A DNA stretch of 64,000 nt from Rhodosorus marinus CCMP1338 (Eukaryota > Plantae > Rhodophyta). The notes below the pieces were generated by a model, which worked only from the letters and a program-made list of their open reading frames with translations, had not been told where the DNA came from and searched no databases. A program made the position numbers and the translations under genes. Positions 1 to 11,720 of the stretch are shown here, in pieces (positions within the stretch are counted from its first letter, which is position 1; each line of letters opens with the position of its first letter). The stretch lies in the NCBI GenBank assembly GCA_029953675.1, contig JAMWBK010000011.1, positions 434,001-498,000 of the forward strand. The letters are read 5' to 3'.

Positions 1-1704
1 TGTACTTTACCTCAGAAGTCCCACAACTGACATCCCAATCCCCTTCGCAGCACCACGACGAAAAAGCACCTTCCAATCTCGCTTCCCAACGACGTCTCAC
101 AAGACTCTCAAACGTTGCATTTGGAATTAGGAATAGGCAGATAGATGTCCTCATATAACCCTTCTCAACCCCTAGGCTTGCTGTTCCTTGGTGCCCGTCA
201 AGCCACAGTCCTTACTTCCCAATCTTTTCGCACAATCACAAAACCGCGAAAACAAAAGCACGTCCTATTCTCCTCCCAACGGCTTTTCAAAAACGTTGAG
301 CTACAACGACGTTCCCCGAGACCATCAGAAAAAAAAAAGTTCGTTGTGCGTAGCAGCTTGGCAATCACCAGATATCCTCAGATACCATTATGATCTCTTA
401 GTTTTGACTGTCTGCCTTTACTCTGAGACTAGCTAGCCCCCGCTAGGCTAACCGAGAAACTTACGAGGACGTTGAAGACCTCGCCTCTAGTGTTACTCTA
501 CCAGAGCGCGAAGCTCGGAGATGAATGTCGGCCCTAAACAAATGTCTTTGGTGGAGTAGCTCGTGGGTAGTCCTAAAGGCTGGAGCGCCTCGAACCTGAA
601 TCTTAGAAATGCAATGAACTCGTTTTGCTTTTACCTCTTGAATTACAAGCCTGCAGTGGGGAAGGCTGAATAGAGACGCTTCATGTGGTCGGGTCGTTCC
701 ACAACGCACTCGCGCAAGCCAACTAGATGCCACCTCACCCGCTCGCTCATGGAAACCAAAACACATCGATAACTGTACTTTGAAAAATGGCCCCAGCAGC
801 CAAAATACTTACAAAACATATTGACCGGTACAAATTCACTGGAACGTACAGTTAAAGTTTCTTCATGTTTTTCCTGTTAGCTTTTGTCTGAAGGAAACCC
901 TGTATGTGATTTACTGGTTTGCTAAGGAACTAATAGGCCAGGCGGACGTTGTAATAGCCAGGATTGCAGAGCACGGGCAATGGCAGACCTTTGTTGCCTC
1001 GCTAGGGCACCTGCAGTCTGACCCTATCGTCTTGTACAAGAGCAACTGCGAACCGCACTTATAGATAGGGTTACGATTCTGCTTTGCGTTGTCTAGATGT
1101 TGTCGAGTGGCTTACAGGCCACTCGAGTGGGTGTGCATGAGAAGGAGGGCTGGAAAAGACCACCCGCCACAGAGTTTGGAAAATCTGCGCAAAAGGATTA
1201 CATCTGATACCTCTTCTGCGTGTGTGAGTTTCCTCTTTCGGGGTTGTTCTTTTACCATTGTTCTAACGCGGGCTTCACGTTTGTTTTTCACTGTCGAACA
1301 GCCTCTTTGCAAGCGGCCATAGGAATCCGTTCATCCGACACAAAGGGTCAATTCTCTAGGGCGCAAATCGATTCTCGTCAAGTCTCGCAAGTGACATGAA
1401 GCAAGTTTTGGCGAGCGGCGAGAGATGATTGTGAGGATCACCCACTTAAGGGAACAACTTCGTGCCCCGTGGCTGTTTAGTCCTGGTCTTCTGGAAGAGG
1501 GGTCCGGTAGCGAGAGGAGCGATGGCCAGGCTACAAGCGTCTTCTTTAAGCAAAATTCTTTAGTTAAGTCAGTTCAGAGGATCCATCATTAGGTTTATAC
1601 AGTTTAGTTTCGTTGTCCTCAACAATTAGATAGCAAAATTCCCAACAAACCCAGGGTGGAAGATGCCAGCACTCCGTTTGAAACCTTGAATCCCCGGTTT
1701 CGGG

Positions 1705-3026
1705 TCACAGAGTGTACGCTTTCTCCCAATCCGCCATGCCCGTTCTGTTGAAGTGGTCTCGCATGAGTTCTCGGAACACATCGTTTGATCTCGTGAAAAG
1801 CTCCTCGTTCAACTTACGGCCTACCGCGCTCAACTCTTCGTCAACGAGCCGCTCAAAATTTTTACACGTCTTGCACTTAATATGGTTTACCAACGGCAAT
1901 CCACGCGCAGCGTCACTCTCTAAAATCTCCCTTCCGAAGGGTTTCAGGCACGGCCCGATGTGCTGAATCTCATCAGCAAACGACTCCACCAACTTCTCAT
2001 AAAAGATAATACAAAACAAGTTCGGGCGGATGAATCTAAACCTAAGACCAAGGAGAGTCAACAAGAGCGATTGAGTCGGCAAGCTCCTGCGAAAGGTGCG
2101 TAGAGTGGTCGCATCACGTACCAATGGAGCATCATATACCCATAGAGACCGTCGGTGAATATGGAGCTGGGGATCCACGGGTAGATGGTTTCGAGACCAG
2201 TTTCTTCGACCAAGACACCAGTTCTCCGCACGTTGTCAGTGAGGTGCCAGCAGTGTTGGAAAACGAGCTTTGGGTATTTCATCCAGCGCTGGACGCACTC
2301 GTTGATCAACTTTGGCATGTACTTGGACATCAGGCTGAACTTGTAGTCGAAGACTTGGTACGCTTGGTCAAAGCGCGGCATACGGATTAGCCTCTGGAGA
2401 ATATGAGTATACCAGGAATAGCCGCGGTGAACCGGATCGCGAACAGTAATGATGAAGCGGGAGCGCTCCATGTTTATGGTGGAAACCATAAGCGGTGGTA
2501 CTCGAGCATACCGCGAGTAGGCAGGCGTAGCATCCAGGCTTAGTTGGCTTTCCTCATCCCTAACCTCAAAGTGTTCCGCATAGGAATCAACCCCTTCGGC
2601 GAAGAAACTCTGTTTGTCGAAGAAGTGCATCTCTTTCGGCATGGCGTACTCCTCGTAAAGATTCAACCCTGTTTGTATTTTCAGCTCCGTTGAAGTTACC
2701 AGAAACACCCACAAAGACGATGTTCCGCCTTTCTGCACTCCCAAAATGAAAAGCTCTGGACACATATGATCTCCGACGCGCCTCCGAGTGCACACATTAT
2801 CCACCTTTATCGCTGATTTCCCATAGCTCGGCGTCATCTGATCAGCCAAAAGGTTGCTCAAGTCGGCAGCTTCGTTGTCCTCAGTCTCATACGGCTCCCC
2901 GTACTCGGACTCATACGTCCTGTGGTCATCCCCCAGTTCCTTACCAGCCTTACCGGCCAAACCAGAGTTCCCCACCACACCAAACCCAACCAACAGAAAC
3001 ACGGCAACCCACCAGGGAAACTTCAT
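1705..3026 (-). CDS. Golgi type II membrane sulfotransferase (heparan sulfate 3-O-sulfotransferase-like, Sulfotransfer_1), 2 exons (3026-2122, 2041-1705)
   Basis: N-terminal hydrophobic anchor. 5'-PSB motif GVQKGGTSSL, KEMHFFD, DATPAY and 3'-PB motif RDPVHRGYSWY. An 80-bp GT..AG intron (2121-2042) joins HW to FRFIRPNLF and links the two ORF-track pieces. Confidence 0.88.
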
Positions 3027-3737
3027 TGTTAGAAGTCATTTCCACCACATCGCTCTTCCCTCATCAGAAGAGCCTCTTTCGTCAACTCCCAACCCCACCA
3101 CCTCCAATTGAACACTACTTATACAAAACCAGTCCAGACTCCCTCCCAGTCCTCTTCTCACCCACCCACTACCCGACCGAAAAACACTCCGATTAAAAAA
3201 TTTTTTTTTTGTCACGAGTTCTCATCACGAGAACAAAAACCAACGCTCTCTCTCTCGCCACGAATCATTGCCTACCAACCGCCTCCAATAAAACCAACGC
3301 TCTAAATTCAGATTTGCCACCTTGTCCTTCCTTGCCGCTTCAAAACATTGTCCAACAACACAATTTGCTGGCCTCTCAACCAACTGAACTGATCACAACA
3401 AGCACCCAGCACCACCTAAACACGAAGAATTTCATGTCCATTTCAAATTTAGGGTTGTCACTTTCCGTCCGATAAACATAAAACGTCAGATATGTCTGCT
3501 AAAATATCGGAGGTCCGAACCAGTAAACTACTTACAAATTAGGGAGTTTGGCTTCTGGCTCGCACCGCATGCAAGTTTATCGGACTTGAATTAAAACGTA
3601 TTCGATCGGGTCGGATGACGGGATTGCCGTCCAATATTCATCAAACGAGGATGAATATTGATCCTAATCTTAGTCTTCGGTGACACTGAGCGCCTGGTTC
3701 AAAGCAATCTAATGTAATATTAGTCCCATCTGATTCC

Positions 3738-4130
3738 GTTTATTTCGAGCCTAGCTACCCTGAATAGCGAGAAGTAGGATGCTGCTGACGAGAAAGCCGC
3801 GTTTGAACGCCAGAGTCAAAGAGGGCTCCGTGAGGAGGCTATCAAGACGCCCGGGTTGCTACGAAAGAGAGCACCAAGCCAAAGAGAACTCTACAATATC
3901 TACTAAACCAAAACACTGGAGGATGAAGGGAACAAACCGGTATGATAATGCCGAGTCGAGAAACGTATACTGCAACTTCGCCTCAGCTTATTGGGAGTTT
4001 TCCAATTGCCGCATTGACCGAGCTGCCGCTCCACGCCACCAACCGGATACCGAGGTACCTGGTCGCCTGAGTACAAGGGGTAGAAATTTCAATATACTCC
4101 CTTCGATGAGCCCTCAGATCAGTCGGCGCA
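3738..4130 (-). mobile_element. Decayed 3' fragment of a family B-like RLE non-LTR retrotransposon
   Basis: The minus strand encodes remnants similar to RFVPFILQCFGLVD...LWRSNAA and ends in a variant B terminus (ggtagctaggctcgaaataaacggaatc). Confidence 0.7.
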
Positions 4131-5737
4131 AGGTTCCCTTGTTTAACGTCGGACGGTTTGTTGGATCTCACAAATAATGATAATTCAATACACGAGGTGA
4201 CAGCTTGTCACTCCGAAAAATATATATGATTCAATATCCGCATCGGAGATGATTGATTACGACACTAACATTGATTGAAGATATCGGAGAATTTATCGGA
4301 CGGACAATCGACTCTGTTTTGAATATTTTCAACAGCACACACCGGAATTTTCTAATTTGTTCAATAGTCTATCTAAGACAAAATAACGGACGTGTCATAT
4401 AGTTGTCATCAGACAGTTTATGACAACCCTATCATTTGGCTTCTCAACAGGCTACGCTAAAAAAAGGAAAACATGAATTCATATGGAGAACTTTTCCGGA
4501 TTCGCCAAAGTCTCGCGTTGTGGGGATTTTCCATCATGATACTGAATTACGCTAATAATTAGACCATATCTGACGCATCGACTGGTTTTATTGATAACTC
4601 ATGGGTTGGGATCCCGTCGTGTTTGGAGAAAGGAAATTAATCTAGTGGTTCTCTCTGAACAGTCAGCCCAAACGGGGAACTGTTGGTAGAGATGGGGAGC
4701 GCATGGGAGAGAGACTCTTGGTATGGGTTTACAAAAACAGTACGGACATGAGCATTCTATCTGGTTTTTCGTCGGTCGCGAACACCCCATCGGCGCGAGA
4801 GGCATGTATAGCGCAAAAGATCGAAGCCGCTGGCCAAACTTCCTCAACGCCTTCTCCTTTGCCAGTTGGATTAAGAATAATCAGGCTTTAGGTGGAAACC
4901 TGAACGGTTGAGTTTTTAGTTTTCCGTTTCGAGTACCGGAGAAGCTTCGGGTTTTTACTTAACGTATCTTCGATTTGAGTCCTCCACGTGTTGTTTGGAG
5001 ATCATTTTTGCTTTGAAGAACACACACTCTCTCCCGACGAGGGTTTTAGGTGGTTTTCATTGTTGGAATGGTGCGTCGTTAATGTCCTAGAAGTTGGAGT
5101 GCCCCCCCCTCGGAGCATGTTTTTAGTTTTGTAATTTTCTGATTTGGTTGCCAGACCGGTTTTAATTGGGAGACTGAGGTCCCCAAATGGGGTACGCTAG
5201 GAAGCGCACACAGACCGCAAAAATTTGGAAGAATTTCGTACTACAGGTTTCTCTCCGCAGCAGCTTTCTTCTCTTGGACGAGAGTCATCAGCGTCTCACT
5301 CTCCACGCTCAGGGTAGCTTGCTGCTCTGAATATTGACAAATGTTCAGAGTCGGGGCAGATTGAGGCATATTCAACAATTGGAAGAAACCAGGGAACTCC
5401 GTAGGGGGGGGTTGGCTCCTAGAAACGTGGCCAGCCCTTGGAGGGGGTGAGGTCGCGAACGGTGCTAAAGTATCACAAAGCTCGTGAATGACTGCGCGAC
5501 CTAGTGGAAAGAGCCTTGAACGGCTGGAGCAGGTCAAAAACAGGGACAACTAGGTGGATTACTAAAGTATTCTCAGGTGGTTGGTCTCCGCTAAATGCAC
5601 TTGCCTTGATTACTAGCCGCTGACCAACTACTCGGAGACTAACAACGTTTCCTTTCACGAGGAATCTGCCTTCCCTATTATAGGCTCGTAATTCAACCTT
5701 TACGAGTTGCATTTGCCATATTATTAGCTCCTGAGAG

Positions 5738-5970
5738 CTAAAAGGAAGGTTTGGTCACGTGGAGAAGGCGGGTTTGGAGTGGTTGCGGAAATGTTTCACT
5801 GAGTATCCTGTTGAATACTTGGAACTTTTGCGGCGTTTAAGTGTCTCTCTGTGGCGATATTCGAGCAGCATGCTTGCCGAGGCGCGCCAGGTTGGGTTTG
5901 CACGCTTCCCTACCTAGTTCTTAGTTCCTTTTCACGGTTTGCGTAGCGCTTTAGGCTATCTAATAAAGCC
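5738..5970 (+). mobile_element. Family C RLE non-LTR element, 5'-truncated, 12-bp TSD
   Basis: Encodes FGHVEKAGLEWLRKCFTEYPVEYLELLRRLSVSLWRYSSSMLAEAR*, homologous to the A/B C-terminus, and ends in aataaagcc. TSD agctcctgagag lies at 5726-5737 and 5971-5982. The empty paralogous site is at ~16605. Confidence 0.85.
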
Positions 5971-6439
5971 AGCTCCTGAGAGAGTTTCCCGGAGTAGTTG
6001 CGAACGGCTGTTTGCAGCTATTCACAACTCTTTCTAGCGGGCTTGGCTGTTTGCTGTAGTTCGAAGTCTAAAAATTGCGGATTTTTGGTGGAAATAGTGA
6101 GCTAATTTTGCAACGCTTTATGGTTGTTTGCTTATCCATGTGAATCTCGCAAAGGGGGCGATTGGGGTGCATCAAACGTTGGTAAGGATGTGTTTAAGCA
6201 ACTTTGATATTGGGGCCTTGGTGGAGGCATGCTCAGAGTAGTTCCAAGTTCTCTTCCGCATGTAACGTGTGATTCTCCAGGCCCAATGAAGGATCCGTTC
6301 CCGATCACCCGAAGCTTCGACCAATTGCGATTCCTGAGACGCTGCGGGAGCTGACGGCGCTAGCACTCGCTCGGCGAGTTCGCGCGAGACCGTGCGCGAG
6401 ATTTGTTCGTGCCATTACAATTGGGCATCCAAGTTCCTT

Positions 6440-6720
6440 CGATGATCGGTTTATTCAGAGCCTAACTACGCTGAGAATCGAGAAACAAGACGCTGGTGAC
6501 GCACGTGCACCAATAAAGCAGCGTGGGAACGCCAGAGGATCAAAGACAGCTCAGTGAGGAGGCTATCAAGGCGCCATGGGTTCTTCCGAAAGAGCACACC
6601 AAGCCAACGAGAACCTACACTATCAAGTAAACCAAAGCACTCGATGACGAGTGAAACTGGTAGGACAATGCCGAATCTCGAAGCGTAGACGACTCTGACC
6701 TCGCCGCAGCGTACTGGGAT
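6440..6720 (-). mobile_element. Family B-like RLE element 3' fragment
   Basis: Encodes LVIECFGLLDSVGSRWLGVLFRKNPWRLDSLLTELSLILWRSHAALLVHVRHQRLVSRFSA* and ends in tagttaggctctgaataaaccgatcatc. Confidence 0.85.
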
Positions 6721-7817
6721 TCCTTCCGTTGATGAGTTCCTTCTGCGTTTGAGCAGATTGTGCACACTATCCGAGCGTCCCTGATCATCTGCGGAAATCG
6801 CTCTTCTCCGCCTGGATCCGCATAACGCATTCGAGCGTGTTGACAGACAGGAGCTCGTCCAACAATTCGCTCGCTATTTCCCGGAAGTCCTGCCTTAGCG
6901 CAGGGTTAGCCATACCACCGGATGATATGCCCTCGTTCTAATCTCACCAAGGAGACCGATCGGCCCGATCCTGCACGCGCCAGCTCTATTTCCTGTTCTC
7001 GATCACCTGCGGAAGCGTTTCCCGGAAATCAACTTACTCGCTCTTCATCACGATTTCTCGCCCCTGGCCCCTGCGTACATCATACTAGACTAGGTTTTGC
7101 AATCGAACGAATGGTTTAATCAATGGAGCCACAACCACCTGCGGCGGATAGTCAAAGAGAACTTCGAGATGCACATCCGATGTTCAATCAACGCTAGTCG
7201 TATAATCAATCATTTCATTTCCGGATCAGCCTTTTGGATCATAATTATTTCTTGGTATGAGAACCTCTTTCTGGTGTCATGACTTCTGATTATATATCTC
7301 GCCTTGTGAAACTGTCATGTAACGAATCATGACCACTTGTGAAATGATAGTCTGCCGTACCGTTGTTTGTGGCAAGGACTGGGCGTAGAACAAAGCGCAT
7401 TCCAAAAGGAAGTTTAAGATACCGGAAAGCAATCGGTCGATATTCGGATCATTTGGCGGACGAAGCCTCTACGTTTGTTTTCTATTCGGGTTCGATAAAC
7501 TTAAATTGGAAGGGAGTCGTCAGCAAACGCCCTTCAGTACTTACCAATTGCAGGTCCGGTAAACGTCGCTCAGACCGCTCGATTTTTTTTTATCCTACGT
7601 ATTCGGACGTTCTTTTTTCGGACGGAGATGACAACCTTATACAGGATAACAAAACCGTAGTCCTCATCCGGAACTACTGAGAGTTCGTTTGGAAAGCAAG
7701 TGCAAGCTTCGCGCGCGTCCGCGGCATTAGACGGACAGAAATTTAGCATTTCTCCCTAGTTTCTAGTTCCCCTTCACCTCCTGAGTAGCGCTTCAGGCTA
7801 TGCTAGCAAGTCCATCC

Positions 7818-7896
7818 TGGGTTTGCACGCTTCCCTACCTAGTTCTTAGTTCCTTTTCACGGTTTGCGTAGCTCTGTAGGCTATGCTAATAAAGCC
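7818..7896 (+). mobile_element. Family C 3' end (79 bp) inserted into an older family C terminus
   Basis: Sequence gggtttgcacgc...aataaagcc is flanked by a 13-bp TSD, ag(c/t)aagtccatcc. The empty site is at ~19425. Confidence 0.8.
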
Positions 7897-8517
7897 AGTA
7901 AGTCCATCCAGCATAAGTCTACACAATTTGTTTTTGAATAGCGCTAGAAAGTTGGAGCACGTACGTGAAAGAGAGACTCCGAATGTGGACTGTCACCAAA
8001 ACTCTCTAATGAGCGCTGACAGTTAGCGGGAGCGTCAGGCAGCGTAGTGGTGGCAGTCACGAACCAATTCACCCGCGCGCTCCCGGTTCGGTTGAGTGAA
8101 GCACAGCGAAATGAACTTATTTTGCTTTCCAACTGTCACTGAGTCCCCTTCAGAAACCCGATGGTTACCATCAGCAGCGTCAGGCAGCGTGGAGGTGGCA
8201 GTCACTCAGGTCATTGGGCTCTGGGCGGAACGATCTACATTGCTCCTCCGAGGGATACCGGAATTTCAACGCCTGACGCACGCATTCTCACAGGAATGCT
8301 TGTTCACAGCCTTTGCGCGGATACGCGGTCTTGGATTATAAGTAAAGCGCTGCAAGCTAGGTGTTGGGATGGGATGAAGAAGGGATATGTGACAAGTCCT
8401 ACATTGGTAGAAGCGGGGAATCTGATGAGCGCTGAGAACTGAATTTGCAGAGGAGTGAAAGAGCTTGTAGACCGTGGGCAGAAGTTGTCTAGTTAGTGTA
8501 GAAAGAGTGGATTGAAC

Positions 8518-9883
8518 ATGATGAGGTTGAGTGCTTTAATTCTGGTCACCCTATTAGGGTTCACAGTGGCGGTTCCATTGATGCAGAAAGTTCATCTTGC
8601 TAAGAACGTACAGGCAGATGTTCAATCTCGGGCACTCCCAGCAGCCGGGGTTGAGGTTGAGGTTGAGAAGGCCGGGCCTGGGGTTGAGGTTGAGTCGGCC
8701 GAAGCTCGCCGTGGGGTTGGGGTTGAGTCGGCAGAAGCTCGCCGTGGGGTTGAAGACCCTGTAGCCCGCGTTGAGGTTGAGGTTGAGAAGGCCGGGCCTG
8801 GGGTTGAGGTTGAGTCGGCCGAAGCTCGCCGAGGGGTTGAGGTTGAGTCGGCCGAAGCTCGCCGTGGGGTTGAAGCTCGTCGTGGGGTAGAAGATCCTGC
8901 AGCCCGCGTTGAGGTTGAGGTTGAAAAGGCCGGACCTGGGGTTGAGGTTGAGTTGGCCGAAGCTCGCCTTGGGGTTGAGGTTGAGAAGGCCGGACCTGGG
9001 GTTGAGGTTGAGTCGGCCGAAGCTCGCCGTGGGGTTGAAGATCCTGCAGCCCGCGTTGAGGTTGAGGTTGAAAAGGCCGGACCTGGGGTTGAGGTTGAGT
9101 TGGCCGAAGCTCGCCTTGGGGTTGAGGTTGAGAAGGCCGGACCTGGGGTTGAGGTTGAGTCGGCCGAAGCTCGCCGTGGGGTTGAAGATCCTGCAGCCCG
9201 CGTTGAGGTTGAGGTTGAAAAGGCCGGACCTGGGGTTGAGGTTGAGTCGGCCGAAGCTCGCCGTGGGGTTGAAGATCCTGCAGCCCGCGTTGAGGTTGAG
9301 GTTGAAAAGGCCGGACCTGGGGTTGAGGTTGAGTCGGCCGAAGCTCGCCGTGGGGTTGAAGCTCGTCGTGGGGTAGAAGATCCTGCAGCCCGCGTTGAGG
9401 TTGAGGTTGAAAAGGCCGGACCTGGGGTTGAGGTTGAGTTGGCCGAAGCTCGCCGTGGGGTTGAGGTTGAGTTGGCCGAAGCTCGCCGTGGGGTCGAGGT
9501 TGAGTCGGCCGAAGCTCGCCGTGGGGTCGAGGTTGAGAAGGCCGGACCTGGGGTTGAGGTTGAGTCGGCCGAAGCTCGCCGTGGGGTTGAGGTTGAGGCG
9601 GCAGAAGCTCGCCGTGGGGTTGAAGATCCTGTAGCCCGCGTTGAGGTTGAGGTTGAAAAGGCCGGACCTGGGGTTGAGGTTGAGTCGGCCGAAGCTCGCC
9701 GTGGGGTTGAGGTTGAGGAGGCCTACTCCGGGGTTGAGGTTGAGGAAGGACGAAGCCGGAGTTGAGGTTGAGAAGGACGGAGCCGGCGTTGAGGTTGAGG
9801 AGCCCGTAGTCGGCGCTGAAGTTCCCGTGCAGTTCTTTGGAATTGCGGAAACAAGAGATCGTATTATCAACAACTTCAACTAG
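8518..9883 (+). CDS. Secreted acidic Glu/Val-rich repeat protein, copy 1; ORF stops at 9765 and the conserved C-tail is out of frame
   Basis: Signal peptide MMRLSALILVTLLGFTVA-VP, followed by modules VEVEKAGPG, VEVESAEARRG and VEDPAARVE. An extra base at ~9745 puts EEPVVGAEVPVQFFGIAETRDRIINNFN* in another frame. Confidence 0.75.
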
Positions 9884-10169
9884 AGTGAAACTGGTAACCA
9901 ACTTTGCTCGCTTGTTCTAGAAATGTCGCGCGAGTTTAAACTGCTGATATAGTTATCCTCATAAAATACAAAGATTCTTAGCAATACCTATCGCGCGAAC
10001 GCTGGACTAGAGTTGGTGACACGGTTGAAGTGGAAGAGTAACTGAGGCCAGCCTCGGCTAGCAGCGCCGGGCCTTCAATTGCAGATCTTCTGGTCCGTGT
10101 CGCCAATCGACGCGCAGTATTTGGATCTTGCCGTCAATTGCCCGACATCCCCGTTTATTCAGAGCACTA

Positions 10170-10960
10170 TCTTCAACTTGCCCCATGTGAAAAATACCTA
10201 TCTTCCATCTGGCGCCCTATAGTCTTCTTTCCCCCCCGCCCACTCGCCTTGCGAAGTATGGGGTGCTGCTTCACCTCTAAATGATTTACTACCGTTCCAA
10301 CAATTTGTGTGGAGGGTTTTGGGTTTTTGTGAGGCGTTTGTAGTGATTTTCGCTGCTTTAGGTCTCTCGTGCTACTTTTTGGAGGCATCCACACCCTTCC
10401 GTGGCTGGTTCCCAAGTTTTTCGGCCTTTTCCGGAACTAACGCGGTTGTTTTTCCGTGGTTCCGGGGGTCGTTCTTCGAATCCTTCAATTATGGTTTTTA
10501 CCTGGTTGCGTGTTCTCACTTGTGATGCAGTAGACGGAGAGCTCTTGGCTCCCTCAGGATCGGACGGGAATTCGGGATTTGACCTGTGCGGCGGCTCAGT
10601 GCCTTCCGCTGATTTTCCTGGGCACTGGTTGGCATCTTGTCCGCAGGTCCAAGGAGCCCGGACTCGACGCCATACGCGGCTCTACCGCTTGCTGTTCCGC
10701 TTTCTTCGTTCTCAGGTGTTGGCGGGCACGGACCGAGAGGTGGAGTATGAGGTCCCCCTGCGCGGTGGCAACGGCAATTGCTGAAGCGATTGACGCCCCA
10801 GTAGTGCAACGGGTGGCGGACCTCGGAGTCACTGATCTGACTGCTCGCGGGAGTGAGTACATCGACCTTTCTACCACTTGTCCCCAGGCTACCAGATACT
10901 TGCAGCGTCTGCTCGACGCCGAGGCGCTGCAACTCGGTCAATACCGCAACTGAGGGAATC
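10170..10960 (+). mobile_element. Old degenerate RLE element (family E); paralogous copies at ~21540-22330 and ~30700-31445
   Basis: Remnant LCGGSVPSADFPGHWLASCPQVQGARTRRHTRLYRLLFRFL (CCHC knuckle plus RH motif) and QRVADLGVTDLTARGSEYIDLS. Confidence 0.75.
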
Positions 10961-11029
10961 CCAGTACGCTTCGGCTATGTTAGACTCTGCGCTTCGCCAT
11001 TCGGCATTGTCCTACCGGTTGTTCCACTT

Positions 11030-11720
11030 ACCATCAAGTGCTTTGGTTTAGTTGATAGCGCGTGTTCTCGTTGGCTCTTTCGGAGGATGAAGGGGAGAAA
11101 CCGGTATGATAATGTCGACTCGCGAAACGTAGACTGCAACATCGCCTCAGCTTATTGGGATTTTTCCAATTGCCCCGTTGACCGAGCTGCAGCTCAACAG
11201 CACCAACCGGATACAGGAAGGTACCAGGTCGCCTGAGTACAACTGGTAGAAATTTCAATATACTCACTTCGATGAGCCCTCAGATCAGTTAGCGAAAGCT
11301 TGCCTTTCTTCAGGTTTATTCAGAGCCTAAACTACCTGAAAAGCGAGAGACAAGACGCTGATGACGCGAGTCTACAAACAAAGCAGCATTTGAGGGCTAC
11401 AGGGTCAAAGAAAGCTCCGTGAGCAGACTATCTAGACGCCCTGGGTCGTTGCGAAAGATACCTCGCAGCCAGCGAGAACCTAGACTATCTATGCTAGTAA
11501 AGTCCAGACTATCTATCAAGCTAAAGCATTCAATAATGGGAGGGACAAACCGGTATGTCACGGCCGAATCGCAAAAAGTAGGGTTTGACATCGCTGCCCT
11601 GTACTGTGATTCTTTCACATGCCGCATGGACCGAGCTGCAGTTCCTGGACGCCGAGCGGACGCAGTTTCAGGTGTCTGGTCGCCTGAGGACGAGGGATGG
11701 AGAGGTTCCGGCTCCTGATT
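11030..11720 (-). mobile_element. Two stacked family B-like 3' fragments; similar stacks at ~17117-17445 and ~22330-22985
   Basis: Contain the terminal motif tttattcagagcctaa(c)ta and YRFVPPIIECFSLIDSLGSRWLRGIFRNDPGRLDSLLTELSLTL. Confidence 0.8.

Noticed and set aside
1-1600. Short ORFs at 145-436, 461-766 and 1089-1322
   Set aside because: No recognisable domain or consistent exon chain; left unannotated.
3440-3460. TTTAGGG as a telomeric repeat marking a subtelomere
   Set aside because: It is an isolated occurrence; there is no tandem telomeric array in the window.
8512-9765. Regular repeats as a CRISPR-like array
   Set aside because: The repeats are codon-phased and have no unique spacers, there are no cas genes, and the context is eukaryotic.
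8554-9901. Long minus-strand ORFs (LNLN-, PQPQ- and STST-rich), also at 20157-21269, 14937-15448 and 29376-30369
   Set aside because: These are antisense shadows of the stop-free GTTGAG repeat. The signal peptide and conserved ends are on the plus strand.
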